Source: an uncultured delta proteobacterium (lineage in GTDB: Bacteria > Myxococcota > Myxococcia > Myxococcales > Myxococcaceae). Taken from it: a stretch of 64,000 bases of DNA. The translations under genes and the position numbers were made by a program. The stretch lies in contig CAVYSY010000028.1 of assembly GCA_963771175.1 (NCBI GenBank), positions 32,001 through 96,000 on the forward strand, written 5' to 3'. Numbering within the stretch: the first letter of the stretch is position 1; each line of letters starts with the position of its first letter. Under the pieces are notes generated by a model that had not been told where the DNA came from, did not search any database, and saw only the letters and a list, made by a program, of their open reading frames with translations. Of the stretch, positions 42,389 to 54,701 are shown one piece after another.

Positions 42389-43288
42389 ATGCGCGTCCAT
42401 CATTTGAACTGCGTGACGATGTGCCCACCGGGTGGGCGGCTGATGGATGGTCGGCGCCGGCCGAGGGGAGTGCCAGCGGCGCTGGTGTGCCACACCCTGC
42501 TGCTGGAGACGGACCAAGAGCTGGTGCTGGTGGACACGGGCTTCGGCCTGGAGGACGTGCGCAACCCGAGGCCCCGGCTCAGCCCCTTCTTCCTGAAGAT
42601 GAACCGGCCACGGCTCAACGAGGAGATGACGGCGCTCCGCCAGATTGAACGCCTGGGCTTCAAGGCCGAGGACGTGCGGCACATCGTGCTGACGCACCTG
42701 GACTTCGATCATGCCGGGGGCCTGGACGACTTCCCGACGGCACGGGTGCACGTGATGGCGGCCGAGGCGGAGGCCGCGGTGGCGCAGACGACGTGGCTCG
42801 ACCGGCGGCGCTTCCGCCCCCAGCAGTGGAGCACGCAGCCGCACTGGGTGACGTACCCGATGCCCCGCGGGGGCTCGCGCTGGTTCGGCTTCGAGTGTGT
42901 GAGGGACCTGGAGGGCCTGCCGCCGGACATCCTGCTGGTGCCGCTGGTGGGGCACACGCAGGGACACTCGGGCGTGGCGGTGCAGCTCTCGGACGGGTGG
43001 CTGCTGCACGCCGGAGACGCGTACTTCTACCACGAGGAGATGAACCCGAACCGGCCGCGCTGCACGCCCGGGCTGTGGGCCTACCAGGAGCTGATGCAGA
43101 AGGACGGACGGCTGCGCAAGCTCAACCAGGAGCGGCTGCGCGAGCTGGTGCGCCGGCATGACCGGGACGTACGGGTCTTCTGCGCCCACGACGCGCGGGA
43201 GTTCGAGCGGCTGGAGGAGGACGCCCGCGCCCACGAGCCCCACGCGCTGCGCGGCCTGCCCTCGGTGGAGCAGGCTCCCCTCCTCTAA
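42389..43288 (+). CDS. MBL-fold metallo-hydrolase
   Basis: LVDTG, THLDFDHAGG, GHTQGH, GDA, CAHD. Confidence 0.88.
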   Translation: MRVHHLNCVTMCPPGGRLMDGRRRPRGVPAALVCHTLLLETDQELVLVDTGFGLEDVRNPRPRLSPFFLKMNRPRLNEEMTALRQIERLGFKAEDVRHIVLTHLDFDHAGGLDDFPTARVHVMAAEAEAAVAQTTWLDRRRFRPQQWSTQPHWVTYPMPRGGSRWFGFECVRDLEGLPPDILLVPLVGHTQGHSGVAVQLSDGWLLHAGDAYFYHEEMNPNRPRCTPGLWAYQELMQKDGRLRKLNQERLRELVRRHDRDVRVFCAHDAREFERLEEDARAHEPHALRGLPSVEQAPLL

Positions 43289-45599
43289 TGGAACAAACCC
43301 GGAGCCTGCGCGGAGGCCTCCACTTCCCGACTCACCGGCACCATCGGCAGCTCGACGGTGAAGGTCGCCCCGTCGCCCGGGCGTGCTCTCCACGGGATGG
43401 TGCCCCCGTGCGCCTCCACGAGCTGCCGGACGATGTAGAGCCCCAGCCCGAAGCCCTCCTTCTTCCCCTGGGAGGACGAGGCCTTCTTGAAGCGCTCGAA
43501 GATGGAGCGCTGCTCCTCCAGGGGAATGCCCTGCCCGTGGTCGCGCACCACCAGCCGCGCCTGGCCGTCCGTGCGCTCCACCCGCACCTCGATGGGCTGG
43601 CCCTGGCCGTACTTGAAGGCGTTGGACAGCAGGTTCGTCAGCACCCGCTCCAGCCGCAGCCTGTCCCACCGCCCCACCACCCCCAGCTCCGCGTCCAGCA
43701 CCAGCCGGCTGCCCACCTCCGCCGCCTGGTCCGCGTGCCGCTCCACGCACCTCGCGCACCAGCTCCGCCAGGTCCACCTCCACCACCTCCAGCTCCAGCC
43801 TGCCCCGAGGACAGCCGCGACAGGTCCAACAGGTTGTGCAGCAGCCGCCCCAGCCGCTGCGTCTGCCGCAGCGCCGCGCCGAGCCCCTCGCGCAGCTTGT
43901 CCGCGTCCGCCGACGGCGTGCGCCGCAGCTTGCCCAGCGTGAGCTGCAGCGCGTTGAGCGGGTTGCCCAGGTCGTGCGCCGCCACGCCGATGAGCTCCAG
44001 CGCCGCCTGCGCCTCGCGCAGCAGCCGCGCGTTGTCCAGCGCGAGCGCCGCGCGCCCCGCCAGCTCCTCGATGAACACCCGGTCCGTCTCCGTGAAGCGG
44101 CGCTCCGCGCTCATGGAGAGCAGGACGAGCACCCCCAGCGACCGCTCGCCCACGCGCAGCGGCACCGACAGGTAGGAGCGAACGCCGCAGCGCGCCGCAT
44201 GAGCCGCCAGGTGCTCGGCGTCCTCCGCCGACTCGCGCCAGCAGCTCCGGCCTCACCTCGGTGACCAGCTCCGTGCTGGCCCGTGCGCAGCACGCTCGCG
44301 GGCGTTGCGCTTGCCACGTCCGCTCCGGGGCTGGCTGTAGCGGAGGATGCCTCCCAGAGGAGCGCTCGCTCTCCGGGGAGACGTGCGCCACCGCGCGCGG
44401 CCGCAGCTCGCCCGCGGGCGACAGCAGGAAGAGGATGCACCCGTCGGCCAGCTCCGGCACCAGCAGCCGCGCCAGCTCCGCCACCGCTCAGGTCCGGGTC
44501 CAGCTGCTGAGTGGAAGAGCCGCCGGCCTCGGCGAAGAGGCGCTGGGTGCGCTCCAGGCGCGCCGGCGCTCGGTGATGTCGCGCGTCACCACCGCGTAGC
44601 CCTTGAGCCGGCCGTCCTCGTCGCGCAGCGCGGTGAGCAGGGTCTCGGCCCAGAAGCGCGTGCCGTCCTTGCGCACCCGCCAGCCCTCGGACTCGCAGCC
44701 GCCCGTCGCGCGCCGCCCGCTCCAGCTCCGCTCCGGGGCTGGCCCGCCGCCACCACCTCCGGCGGGTAGAGGATGCGCCCCCGGCGTGGCCCAGCATCTC
44801 CTCGGCGCGCCAGCCCTGGATGCGCTCGGCGCCGGGGTTCCAGCTCGCCACCCGGCCCTGCGGCGTCCAGCAGGTACGAGGGCGTAGTCCTGCACCCCCT
44901 CCACCAGCAGCCGGAAGCGCTCCTCGGTGGCCTGGACCTCGTGCTGCAGGGGGCGCAGCTAGCGCACGGGTGAGCACCCACGCCAGACCCCATCGCCACC
45001 AGCAGCCCCAGCATGGCCACGGCGAGGATGAGCCAGAACACCCGGTGGTCCGACCTCCTGGCGCGCTGGGCATCCGCCTCCAACGAGCGGTCGGTGTAGA
45101 GCGACAGCCAGTCCAGCGCCTCGTCGGCGCGCCGCCGGGACTCCCGCTCCATCCGCTCGACGTGCGCCTCCAGCTGCTGCCGCGGAGACGCCCTTCGCCC
45201 GTAGGCCTCCCTCAGCGCGCGGTGGCGTCCTCGTGCGCCTGCTCCGCCCGGGCCACCTCGTCCAGCAGGTCGGGCTCCACGAGGCCCTCCTCGTGCGACG
45301 CGCAGCCGCTCCAGCGTGCCCAGGAAGTCACTGCCGCGCCTGCACGCTCCTCCCGTCGAAGTAGGACTCCTCGCCGAGTCAGCTCATCGCCGCGCTCGCT
45401 GGACGACCTTGTCACTGCAGGCCCGGTGCAGCCGCTCCACCTCCAGCGGTGCAGGACGCGCTCGGCGGTGAGCCGCTCGTTGCTGGCGAGCACCGAGCGC
45501 AGGGCGACAGTGGTGATGGCGGCGATGGCCAGCGCCACCACCAGCGAGGCGGCGAGCCCCACCGCGATGCGCCTGGCGAACGTCCAGCGGACGCCGCAT
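43285..45599 (-). CDS. Membrane PAS/GAF sensor histidine kinase, heavily frameshifted
   Basis: TM segments, SWNPGAERI and EGWRVRKDGTRFW PAS motifs, GAF, AAHDLGNPL H-box, NLLSNA, GLGLYIV spread over several frames. Confidence 0.75.
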
Positions 45600-45849
45600 C
45601 AACCACTCCCTCCGCCGCGCTGGCAGCCGGCCCACGGCAAGGTGGCGCCCCCCCGCGCCTGTCGGAATCGGTGCTCTCGGGCAATACGATGTCGGCAACC
45701 GTGTCGCCCTGTACGTCCTGGGGAACAAGCCGCTCCGTTCACCGACCAACCGCCCGGCCCCGGAGCACTTCCACGCGTCCGGGGGAAGCGCCCCGAGGTT
45801 TCCCCTCGGGCGGGCGACAGCGGCGGTGGGCGGGTGAAGGACGGGGAAT

Positions 45850-48083
45850 GGGGCCGGGAAGTCGGTCGGGGTGGGCCGCGGGTGTCTGCTCGCCCTGCTG
45901 GTGGCGCGTGCGGGGCGACGGAGCCGGAGGCCCCGGACACCCTCGGGCGCGGCGCGTGCCAGCCGCTGACGTGCGCCTCGCTCGGCCTGGACTGCGGCGT
46001 GACCATCGACGGCTGCGGGGGCATCGCTGCGCTGCGGCACCTGCGCCGAGGGCGAGGTGTGCGGGGTGACAGGGGTGCCCAACGTGTGCGGCCCGCCGCT
46101 CGTGCCCGCCAGCCACCTGCGGCGCGCTGGGGCGAACTGCGGCACGGTACCGGACGGGTGCGGCGGCACGCTCGAGTGCGGCACCTGCGAGGCGCCGGAG
46201 ACGTGCGGCGGCGGCGGCGAGCCCCACGTCTGCGGCCGGGCCGCCCTGCACGCCCACCACCTGCGCGGCGCTGGGGAAGGACGTGCGGCACGGTACCAGA
46301 CGGGTGCGGCGGCACGCTGGAGTGCGGCACCTGCTCCGAGGGCGAGACGTGCGGCGGCGGCGGCGCCCCCAACGTCTGCGGCCGCGGCCTCGTGCCTGCC
46401 CACCACCTGCGCGGCGCTAGGCGAAGAACTGCGGCACCCGTCTCCAACGGCTGCGGCGGCACGCTCGAGTGCGGCGCGTGCCCGGCGGGCACGAGCGTGC
46501 GGCGGCGGCGGCGTGCCCAACGTCTGCGGCGCGCCGCCGTGTACCCCCGCCACGTGTCGGCGCTCGGGGAAGGACTGCGGCCTCGTACCGGACGGCTGCG
46601 GCGGGCGTGCTCGACGTGCGGCACCTGCCCCGAGGGGGAGACGTGCGGCGGCGGCGCCCCCCAACGTGTGCGGCCGCGGCCTCGTGCCTGCCCACCACCT
46701 GCGCGGCCCTGGGGAAGGACTGCGGCACCCTCGCCGGATGGGTGCGGCGGGACGCTCGACGTGCGGCGCGTGCCCCGAGGGCCGAGACGTGCGGCGGCGG
46801 CGGCGTGCCCAACGTGTGCGGCACCGCGCGCTGCCTGCCGGCCACGTGTGACGCGCTGGGCAAGGGCTGCGGCCCGTGCCGGACGGGTGCGGCGGGATGC
46901 TGGACTGCGGCACGTGCCCCGAGGGCCAGACGTGCGGCGGAGGCGGCGTCGCCCAACGTCTGCGGCGAGCCCGGCGTGCCGGCCGTACACCTGCGGCCTG
47001 CTGGGGAAGAACTGCGGCACGGTGCCGGACGGGTGCGGCGGAACGCTGTACTGCGGCACGTGCGCCGCGCCGGCGAGACGTGCGGGGCGAGCGGCGTCGC
47101 CCAACGTCTGCGCCACCGCGCGACCTCGGTGTGCGTGGACAGGGACCTGGGCAGCGCGCTGCCGGTGACGGTGAAGGGCACCACGGCCGTACGCCAACGA
47201 TGACCACCAGGCCTCGTGCGGGGGCGGCCGGCGCGCCGGACCGGGGCTTCCTCTGGACGGCGCCGAGGAGCGGCACCTTCACCTTCGACACGGCGCGCTC
47301 GGCGCTGCGACTCGCTGCTGTGCCGTGCGGCGCGACGGGTGCGGCGGCGCGGAGCTGGCGTGCGCCACGGACGGCATCAGCTACGGCGGCGGGCGCGCGG
47401 GTGACGGCGCTCGCTGGAGGCAGGGCCAGCGGGTGCTGGTGGTGGTGGACTCGCCGACGAGCGGGCGCTTCAGCGCGGGCCACTTCGAGCTGCACATCGA
47501 CGAGCTGCGCGCGAGCGAGGCGGGCGCGTGCTTCGACGGCAGCGGACAACGACGGGGACCGCTGGGTGGACTGCGCGGACACGGACTGCCAGGCCGAGCC
47601 GGGCTGCGACGGGAGCGGGTGCGCGCACCACGGACCTGGGCAGCGCGCTACCGGTCACCTTCCTCGGGGACACGGTGCAGTCCGGGGACGGCTTCCAGGG
47701 CACGTGCGGGGCGCAGGCTGCAGCAGGACCGGGCGCACCTGTGGACGGCGCCCGTGAGCGGCACCTACGTCTTCGACACGGCGGGGAGCGGCTACGGCAA
47801 CGCGCTGTACGTGCTGACGCGGCTGCCGGGGGCACGGAGCTGGCGTGCGCGGCGAACGAGACCGCGGGGAAGACGCGGCGCGCCGGTGGTGAAGCTGTCG
47901 CTGGAGCAGGGGCAGACGGTGCTGGTGGTGGTGGACGGAATGGCCAGCACCGTCGCGGGCACGCCCATCCGCTACACGCTGCACATCCGCGAGTACGGGC
48001 CCCGGGAGACGGGCCGCTGCGCGAACGGCGCGGACAACGACGCGGACGGCCGGGCGGACGACGCGGACTCGGACTGCCGGTGA
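45850..48083 (+). CDS. Cys-rich repeat surface protein (8 x ~48-aa repeats, two DLGSALPVT domains, DNDxD motifs), heavily frameshifted
   Basis: NCG..PDGCGGTL.CGTC...ETCGGGG.PNVCG units recur about every 146 bp from ~45960 to 47115; start approximate. Confidence 0.7.
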
Positions 48084-48135
48084 GGGCCTCGCCCTCCTTT
48101 TGGACAACAAGGAGGTTGGCCAACAGGCTTGTTGG

Positions 48136-48705
48136 CTACACCTCCTCGAAATACGTCCCGGTGGCGCCGATGCGCTCCAGTGCGTGCTTGATCTCCTGGG
48201 AGACGATGAGAGCGACCGTCCATCCCCAGGTGCGGAATACCTTGGCGTCTCCTACTTTCGAGGGATCGATCCGCATCCCGTAGACATCCCGGTACTGCCC
48301 GACCTTCTCGGGTCGTCCATCCTCCGGGGTCCAGATCTCCACCTCCTTGCATGCCGCATCATCGATGCACCGGAGGGTCTTGGTCGCGACGAGGATGCAG
48401 AACTGCTCCGGCTGACCTTCGACCTCCACGGGGAAGAGCTGCACGTCCTCGGGAGCAAGCTCCGCGAACACGGTGGCCACCCGGACGTGGACCAGGGGAA
48501 TGGCGAGACCCGCGAGAGAGAAATCAAGCGGCTTGCCAGGACGGTCAATGGCGATCTTCAGGCGTCCCGGGTTGGGAAGACGCCTTCCGTCCGTGAACAT
48601 CCACGGGTCGTCCACTTCCCGGCCACTCGGATCCGCAGGGTTGTGGAGATACCAGCGACCCGGCACATAAACGTCATCGGAAAGGTCAAAGTACCGCTTT
48701 GGCAT
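48136..48705 (-). CDS. Imm11 family (DUF1629) immunity protein
   Basis: PGRWYL, GKPLDFS, DVQLFPV.V, CIDD, W.PEDGRPEKVG.YR, IVS..IK; directly downstream of an AHH toxin. Confidence 0.8.
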   Translation of the reverse strand: MPKRYFDLSDDVYVPGRWYLHNPADPSGREVDDPWMFTDGRRLPNPGRLKIAIDRPGKPLDFSLAGLAIPLVHVRVATVFAELAPEDVQLFPVEVEGQPEQFCILVATKTLRCIDDAACKEVEIWTPEDGRPEKVGQYRDVYGMRIDPSKVGDAKVFRTWGWTVALIVSQEIKHALERIGATGTYFEEV

Positions 48706-48720
48706 GTGAGGACCCTGACG

Positions 48721-50073
48721 TCACTGGCTCCGAGTCACCAACCTGTTCAGTTCGGTGCCTTCCGTCGAGACTTGACGCGCCAACCTTCGGAGCTCCGCCG
48801 TCAATGCCTCTCGGCAATGCTGGACACTGCGGCACGTTCTCGTTGCTTCCATCAGTCGCCTGAAGATCCTCGCATGGTACTCCCGCGGATGTGGCCCCCT
48901 GTGGCCCTGGACACGAACGATGTTGGCCGGGTCGTTCAGTGACATACCTGCCTTGTCGAAGATCTTCTGGAACTGAGGCGACCAGGGGCCGCCATTGTCC
49001 GTGGAATCCCACCACTTGTCCGTGGCGATGTGGTGGTCGTGTCCCCGCGCATCCACCGGGCCGGCAGCACCAGCACCCATCCCCCGCGCCGCCATGGCAA
49101 CCGCGCCAGGAGCAAGCGACAGGGTGATGGCCTCGCCCGTCACGGCAACCGCCTCCACCTGGCCCACGGCCGAGAGCTGGATGCCTGCCTGTGCCCCGGC
49201 CTGCATGGACGCCTGCGCCGAGCCGGGCAACGTCGGCACCGTCGACGCGAAACCCGCCGCCGTGTTCCCGATGGCCGCTGTGGCGAGCAAGGCGAAGGCG
49301 CGCGCCGCGTTCCGTCCCATCACCTTGCCGTACCGCTCTCCTGCGCCGCGGAGCTCGTCGAACGTGGTGGCCTGGTCCGCCTCCTCCACCAGCCGTTTGA
49401 AGCCCGTTATCAGCCCCCAGAAAGTATCCACGCCCAGGTAGACAATGAGGGTCGCGGTCATCACCGCCGCGAGGCCCTTCGAGACCGGCTCCGGTAGCGA
49501 CATGAGGATGAAATACGTGGTGCCCGTCCACAACGCCGCCGCCAGCATGGCGTGCGGGTCGGCCATGTCCTTGAAGGCCTCGAGCATTTCCTCGAGCACC
49601 GCGCCCTGGGCCAGCGCCATGGCCAGCGCGTAACGGCCATCCCCGTTCACCGTGGGGCACTCCACCAGCAAGCGCAGGCAGTCGCCCTTCCTCCCAGTGC
49701 GCTCGCACCAGCGCAGGTAGGCGTGGGTCAACTCCACGTCCGCTTGCAGCTGCTCCGACCCCCGCGGAGTACCCTCCACAGGGGTCACCCCATGGGTCAG
49801 GGGGTTGAACAGATACGATCCGCTGCGCGCTTCCACCTCCAGCAGCCGCCGGGCGGCCTGCTGCGGGTTGGCGGAGGGCCGTACGCTCCGGGACAACTCG
49901 GAGACCGCCTCCTGGAACTCGTCTTCCTCCAGCTCGACCGGCTCGAATGCGCCGATGCGTGGAGTGAGAACAATGGGCGCCCCCTGGCCCGTGTCCAGGC
50001 GCACCACGCGAGCCGTGGTGCAGCCGGTCGTGAGCCACAGCAGCACCAGCGGCATCGCCCAACACGATTTCAT
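48721..50073 (-). CDS. Lipoprotein polymorphic toxin (SitA-like) with C-terminal AHH nuclease
   Basis: Lipobox TTGC, RVVRLDTGQG, WC...GDCL, PEPVSK; toxin motifs HHIATDK and GH.GPHP.EYH. Confidence 0.85.
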   Translation of the reverse strand: MKSCWAMPLVLLWLTTGCTTARVVRLDTGQGAPIVLTPRIGAFEPVELEEDEFQEAVSELSRSVRPSANPQQAARRLLEVEARSGSYLFNPLTHGVTPVEGTPRGSEQLQADVELTHAYLRWCERTGRKGDCLRLLVECPTVNGDGRYALAMALAQGAVLEEMLEAFKDMADPHAMLAAALWTGTTYFILMSLPEPVSKGLAAVMTATLIVYLGVDTFWGLITGFKRLVEEADQATTFDELRGAGERYGKVMGRNAARAFALLATAAIGNTAAGFASTVPTLPGSAQASMQAGAQAGIQLSAVGQVEAVAVTGEAITLSLAPGAVAMAARGMGAGAAGPVDARGHDHHIATDKWWDSTDNGGPWSPQFQKIFDKAGMSLNDPANIVRVQGHRGPHPREYHARIFRRLMEATRTCRSVQHCREALTAELRRLARQVSTEGTELNRLVTRSQ

Positions 50074-50114
50074 GGAGCACCCCTCTCCCGATGATGCAGC
50101 AAGCGCCTATCCGC

Positions 50115-51294
50115 TCACCCGTGCTCGCGGTCGAGCTTGTCCAGCACGGAGCGCGCCTGGGCGTCCTCCTGCTGGTGGGCCTGCACCTCGGCCACCTCCC
50201 GCCAGCGAATCCACCCCTGGCTCGCGGCGTGGCGGGCGGCCGTCGACCGTGTCGTCCACCATCAGCATCTGGCTGCCGTGCGGCGCGCACGTCCTCGGCG
50301 ATGAGGGCCAGCTCGCGCTCGCGCCCCGCGCGGTCCCACACGTTGCGGATGTAGACGCAGCGGATCCGGCCGGGGAACTCGCGCACGATGGTGCGGTAGT
50401 GCTCGGCGTCCTCCTGCCCGCTGTCGCCGATGAGAAGGAAGGGCAGCGGCGCGAGCGAGCCCATCACCTCGCGGATCTTGTCCAGCTTGTGCCCGTGCCC
50501 GCCGCCGGGCGCGAAGCCCGTCGCCGGCTCAGCCCCCAGTCGCGCAGCAGCAGCGGCCCCGCGGGAATCCGGTGCAGCCCGAGGAACTCGTCCAGGTGCT
50601 CGTAGAGGTTCCACGGGCTGGAGGAGACGTAGAAGATGGGGTTGCACGCCGAGCCGGTGCTCCCCTCGTGCAGCGCCTCGTAGAAGGCGTCCACGCCCTC
50701 GAAGGGCAGGCGCGTGCGGTGCTCGGTGAGGAAGAGCGTCCAGGCGCGCTTGAGGAAGTTGGTGACGTTGGTGACGATGACGGTGTCGTCGATGTCGCTG
50801 ATGACGCCGTACTCCGAGCCGCGGCCCCGGCCACCAGCACGGGCGCCCGCGCGCGCTCCACTGCCCTCGGGGGCCGGCGACGGCAGCTCCAGCTCCACGT
50901 CGTGCCAGCCGGGCCGCGCGCCCGGCGGGCGGCTCCACCCACAGGTCCAGGAAGCCCTCCTCGTCGGTGATGCCCCTCCCAGCGGTGCTCGCCCCAGCGA
51001 CGCCTTCACGCGGCGCCGGGAACCTCCACGTCGTGTAGCGCTTCCACGAGGCGATGGCGCTGCCCAGCAGCGTGTGGCGCTGCCGGGCGGGCGCACGTGC
51101 CGGTCCTCCAGCACGCGCGCCTTGACGACGGGCGCGCCGGGGCGTCCGTAGCCGCGGTAGGGCAGGATGCGTGGCGGGCGGGCCAGCCCCAGCTTGCGCC
51201 GGAGCCTCCAGCCCCACGACTCGACGTGGTGCTCGACGTAGAAGGCGAGCCGGATCAGGGCATTCGGCGGCTTCCGGGACATGAGGGCGGGCAT
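50115..51294 (-). CDS. App1 family phosphatidate phosphatase (DUF2183), frameshifted
   Basis: PYRGYG, ISDIDDT, YVSSSPWNLY, LLIGDSGQED, YIR. Confidence 0.82.
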
Positions 51295-51400
51295 CTCCGA
51301 GGCCCACACTCGCCCCGTCCGCGCCTCCCGTCAACGGAGACGCGCGGGCCCCTCTCGCTCCGTGAACACCCCGAGCCCCCGCTGTCGGGCCTCCGCCGCC

Positions 51401-52031
51401 TCAGGAGGGCTCGCGCGCGAACAGCACGAGCGGGTGGAGGAGCAGCGCGAAGGCCTCGCGCACCGTCCAGTAGAAGCGGTCGAGGGCGCGCATGTTGCGC
51501 TCGGTGAGGAAGGCGGGGCTGGTGGCCACCTCGAAGCCGTGGAGCCGGAAGTACTGGCGGGCGCGCAGCAGGTGGTACGGGTCGGAGACCACCACCACGC
51601 TGCCGCGCGCCGAGCGAGCGCAGCAGGTCCGCGGAGAAGCGCGCGTTCTGCTCGGTGGAGTGGCTCTGCTCCTCCAGGAGACAGGCCTCCTCGGGGACGC
51701 CGAGCCGCACCGCGAGCTCCTTCATGACGCGGGCCTCGGAGGGCGGGTTCACCCCCACGCCGCCGGAGAAGAGGAGCCGGGGGGCGAGGCCCTGGTGGTA
51801 GAGTTCCACCGCCTTCTCGATGCGGGCGCGCAGCGCGGGAGAGGGAGAGCCCCCAGGCAGCACCCGGGCGCCGAGCACCACCACGACGTCCGAGCGGACG
51901 GCGCGCTCACGCTGGCCGAAGCGGTCGACCACGAAGGCCAGCCCGTAGACGCCGCAGGTGAGCACGCCGACGAGGGCGAACACCCAGCGCCGGAGGGGGC
52001 CGGGCCCCTTCCTGAGAGCAAGCGGAGGCAT
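51401..52031 (-). CDS. YdcF family (DUF218) protein, frameshift near 51600
   Basis: VVVVLGA, LLFSGG, SEA..M, EEQSHSTEQNA, VVSDPYHLLRA, REA. Confidence 0.82.
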
Positions 52032-52054
52032 GGAGCGCAGGGTACGCCATCGGC

Positions 52055-52630
52055 TCAGCGGGAGGGGAGCCGGCGGAAGGACTCCGGGTAGTCGAGCACG
52101 AGCCCGCTGGAGTCGACGCACAGCTCGGCGCGGTAGCCGGACTCGAGGCTCTCGAAGAGGTAGAGCTCGGGGCCGAGGCAGATGTAGCGCTGGCGAGCGC
52201 GGCGGACGGTGAGATCGGGCACGGAGAGGAAGACGACCAGCACGTCATCGGACGAGTCGGGCGCGAGCCCCAGCCGGCGGATGGGGAGGGTGTTGGTGAA
52301 GGGGGTGACGGAGATGTCCACGTCGATGCAGCCGTCGAGCTCCGGCAGGGGCCGACCCTTGTCGTCACTCCACAGGCCCGCGCCGTCGGAGTGAAGGGAG
52401 AGGCGCGAGTCACTGCCGAGGAGGGCGAGCTCCACCTCGCGGACGCGGCAGGCGGAGTCGGCGCGCAAGTAGTAGCGAAGGGAGAAGGGGCGCCCCTGGT
52501 CCGAGACACCCTCGACGGAGCTGTGCGCGGTGAGACCCTTGGGGGCCTCACGCAGCACCAGGTGCTCGTGACCCGGGCCGGACCAGGGGGCCCAGGCGAC
52601 GTGTTGCTCGTTCATTCTCGGGCGCAGCAT
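52055..52630 (-). CDS. Putative glycolipid-binding domain protein
   Basis: G.EHL, L.GCIDVDI..TPFTNTLPIRRL, Q.Y, VD..GLV.DYP. Confidence 0.82.
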   Translation of the reverse strand: MLRPRMNEQHVAWAPWSGPGHEHLVLREAPKGLTAHSSVEGVSDQGRPFSLRYYLRADSACRVREVELALLGSDSRLSLHSDGAGLWSDDKGRPLPELDGCIDVDISVTPFTNTLPIRRLGLAPDSSDDVLVVFLSVPDLTVRRARQRYICLGPELYLFESLESGYRAELCVDSSGLVLDYPESFRRLPSR

Positions 52631-52637
52631 ACGGGAG
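52540..52637. repeat. Direct repeat, left copy (5' end of the glycolipid-binding gene)
   Basis: Near-identical to 54702-54798 (one indel, two substitutions). Confidence 0.9.
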
Positions 52638-52648
52638 ACTGGCTCATT

Positions 52649-53703
52649 TCAGTCGAGGAAGCGTCTCCACCAGCGCCGGGCCTCATCCTCGGTGAAGCGA
52701 AGCGAGGTGTACCGGGGCGGCTCAACGGCCCCCAGGCTCCACGGCAGGAACAGCGGCTCGAGCCAGGGCTCCAGCACCTGGGCGAGCTCGCGGTACGCGG
52801 GAAGGGTCTTCCCGGTGGCCAGGTCTCCGGCTTCCGGCCGCTCTCCCAGGGACACGACGACGCGATTCCCGGCGAGCTCCACCAGCGTCGTCTCGGAGGT
52901 GTGCAGGCGGGAACGAAGGGCCGCGGCGCCGCCGAGCCGGGTGAGAACGGAGGGGCCGAGGAAGTTGAGCCAGTGGACTCCATCCACCCGAAGGCCCATG
53001 GATTGCGCGGGGCCCCAGACAGTTCGGAGGTCGATGCCAGGGTAGCGCAGGGCCTCGGCGCGCAAGGCGTCGTTCGAGCGCCGGAAGAGCCCGGGATAGG
53101 GGTGAAGGGCCAGGCCGGCATGCCCGGAGGCGAAGAGAAGCCCGGAGGTCATGTCGAGGACCAGCTCCCGCACGCGTGCGGGCCCGTGCTCCTCGACATA
53201 CTCCATGGGAAGTGTCGCCGTGAGCAGGCTCACGAACCCGTCTTCGGGGGCAGGCCGCCACGGAATGCGAGCCCGGTACTCGAGCTCATAGCCATTTCGA
53301 CTGGCGAGGCCTCCGGTGAAGAGCAGGCCCCTCTCGAAGCCTCGCTTCTCGATCTGCACCTGCTCTCTGTCGTTGAAGTCATCCGGGAAGGACCAGGGCT
53401 TCGTGTCCTCCAAGAGCCGGCGAACCCAAATCCATCCTCCTCGGTCAGGCGCGAGCCTTCGCTGTAATCGATGTGAACGAAATTGATCGTCCTGGGCCCT
53501 TCGCCAACGGCACGCATGTAGCTGTCGATGGCATGACTCACTCCGACGGAGAGCTCGGGGTGGTCGTGCGGCAGGTAGAAGGCAAGGCGGAACACCTCGC
53601 GCGCAAGCAACTCTCGCCGCGGGTACGGCACGTCGCCGTCAGGAGGCTTCCAACCCCAGGGATTGGGGCCACGCAGGCGAAGACGTGGGTAGCAACCCGT
53701 CAC
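52649..53703 (-). CDS. DUF3396 (TsiV-like) immunity protein, frameshift near 53430
   Basis: RLAFYLPHDH, TLP.EY.E.HGP.RVREL, SGHAGL, RYPG.D, DGVHWLNFLG, W.RRFLD. Confidence 0.8.
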
Positions 53704-54629
53704 GGATTACCCCCAAACGGCTTGAGCCCAACCGGTGTCAGGAGGACCACCCGGCAACTCTTGGAGAGTTTCTGGTAGACCTCCAATTGCTCCTGCACCC
53801 CAGGAGACCTCATCGGATCGAGTTTGTGTCTTTCATAGCAAGGGAACTTGAATTCGTAGACACACTGCATGTCGGTGGCGTTCCGGGTGGCATGCACGTA
53901 CGACGTCAGGCTGAGAGACCCAGGACTTGTTATTCGTGAGGAGGGCGCCATTGACATCAGCGTCTCCCTTGTAGCGCGGCTCAATGGAGAAGTTGCCGCG
54001 AAGCTCCTCCGGGAGGCGAGCCTTGATGCAGGCGAAGGCGGCGGCGTGCTTCAAGCCCCAAGCTCCTGGGCGAGGGTGATGCGGCCTCCCACCCTCATCG
54101 ACCCCACGTGCCGGTCACACTCAGTGTCGTTCGGGAACTTTCCATTCTTGAATTTGAAGCCGCCCTCGCGCTGCTGGTAGGTCTCGTTGACGTCGGCGTG
54201 GGCCTGCGCCACACACTCCCGAAGAGTGGCTTCGACGAGATCCAACTCCGCGCCAGTGAGGAGCCGCTGAACGGTGAGGAGGCCCTGGGCGGCCTCCAGG
54301 GTCTGGACGACGCCCTCGACGAGCCCGGAGCCAGTCCGAGAGACCGCTGGCGCGAGAAGCTCCCCCGTGCTCGGGTTGACCGGGGCGGCACACGTCACGC
54401 CACACGACTGGTTGAATCGAGAGCGCTCCCCGTTGAGCTGCCCTCCCCAGGCGGACTGAGGCCCTAAGCGAGCCGAGCGGCCGGAGAGCACCGTGCCGAG
54501 GTTGTCGCGCGGTGCGTGCGGGGTGGTGGAGCAGGAGAGGCAGAGGAGCGCGGCGGTCGAGATGGCGAGGAGGAACCGCGAGGGCGACGGAGCCCGAATC
54601 GAGCGTGAGCCAGTTTGAAGAGAGGACAC
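53700..54629 (-). CDS. Lipoprotein toxin with PD-(D/E)xK (REase-fold) C-terminus, frameshifted
   Basis: Lipobox CLSC; ECV.QA...VN, KH.AAF.C, FSIEPRY, PDVV, VYEFKFPC across three frames; overlaps the DUF3396 start. Confidence 0.72.
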
Positions 54630-54701
54630 CGCACATTCTCCAGGTCATGTCACAAGTGTCACAAGGCATCCACTCCACAGCGAAGCGCAGGGAGCGGCGC
54701 G

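Noticed and set aside
45960..47115. Regular ~146-bp repeats as a possible CRISPR array
   Set aside because: Units are degenerate along their whole length, encode Cys-rich peptide repeats, lack unique spacers, and no cas genes are present
52638..54701. IS element or prophage between the direct repeats
   Set aside because: No transposase, integrase or phage genes and no terminal inverted repeats; reported as a cassette instead
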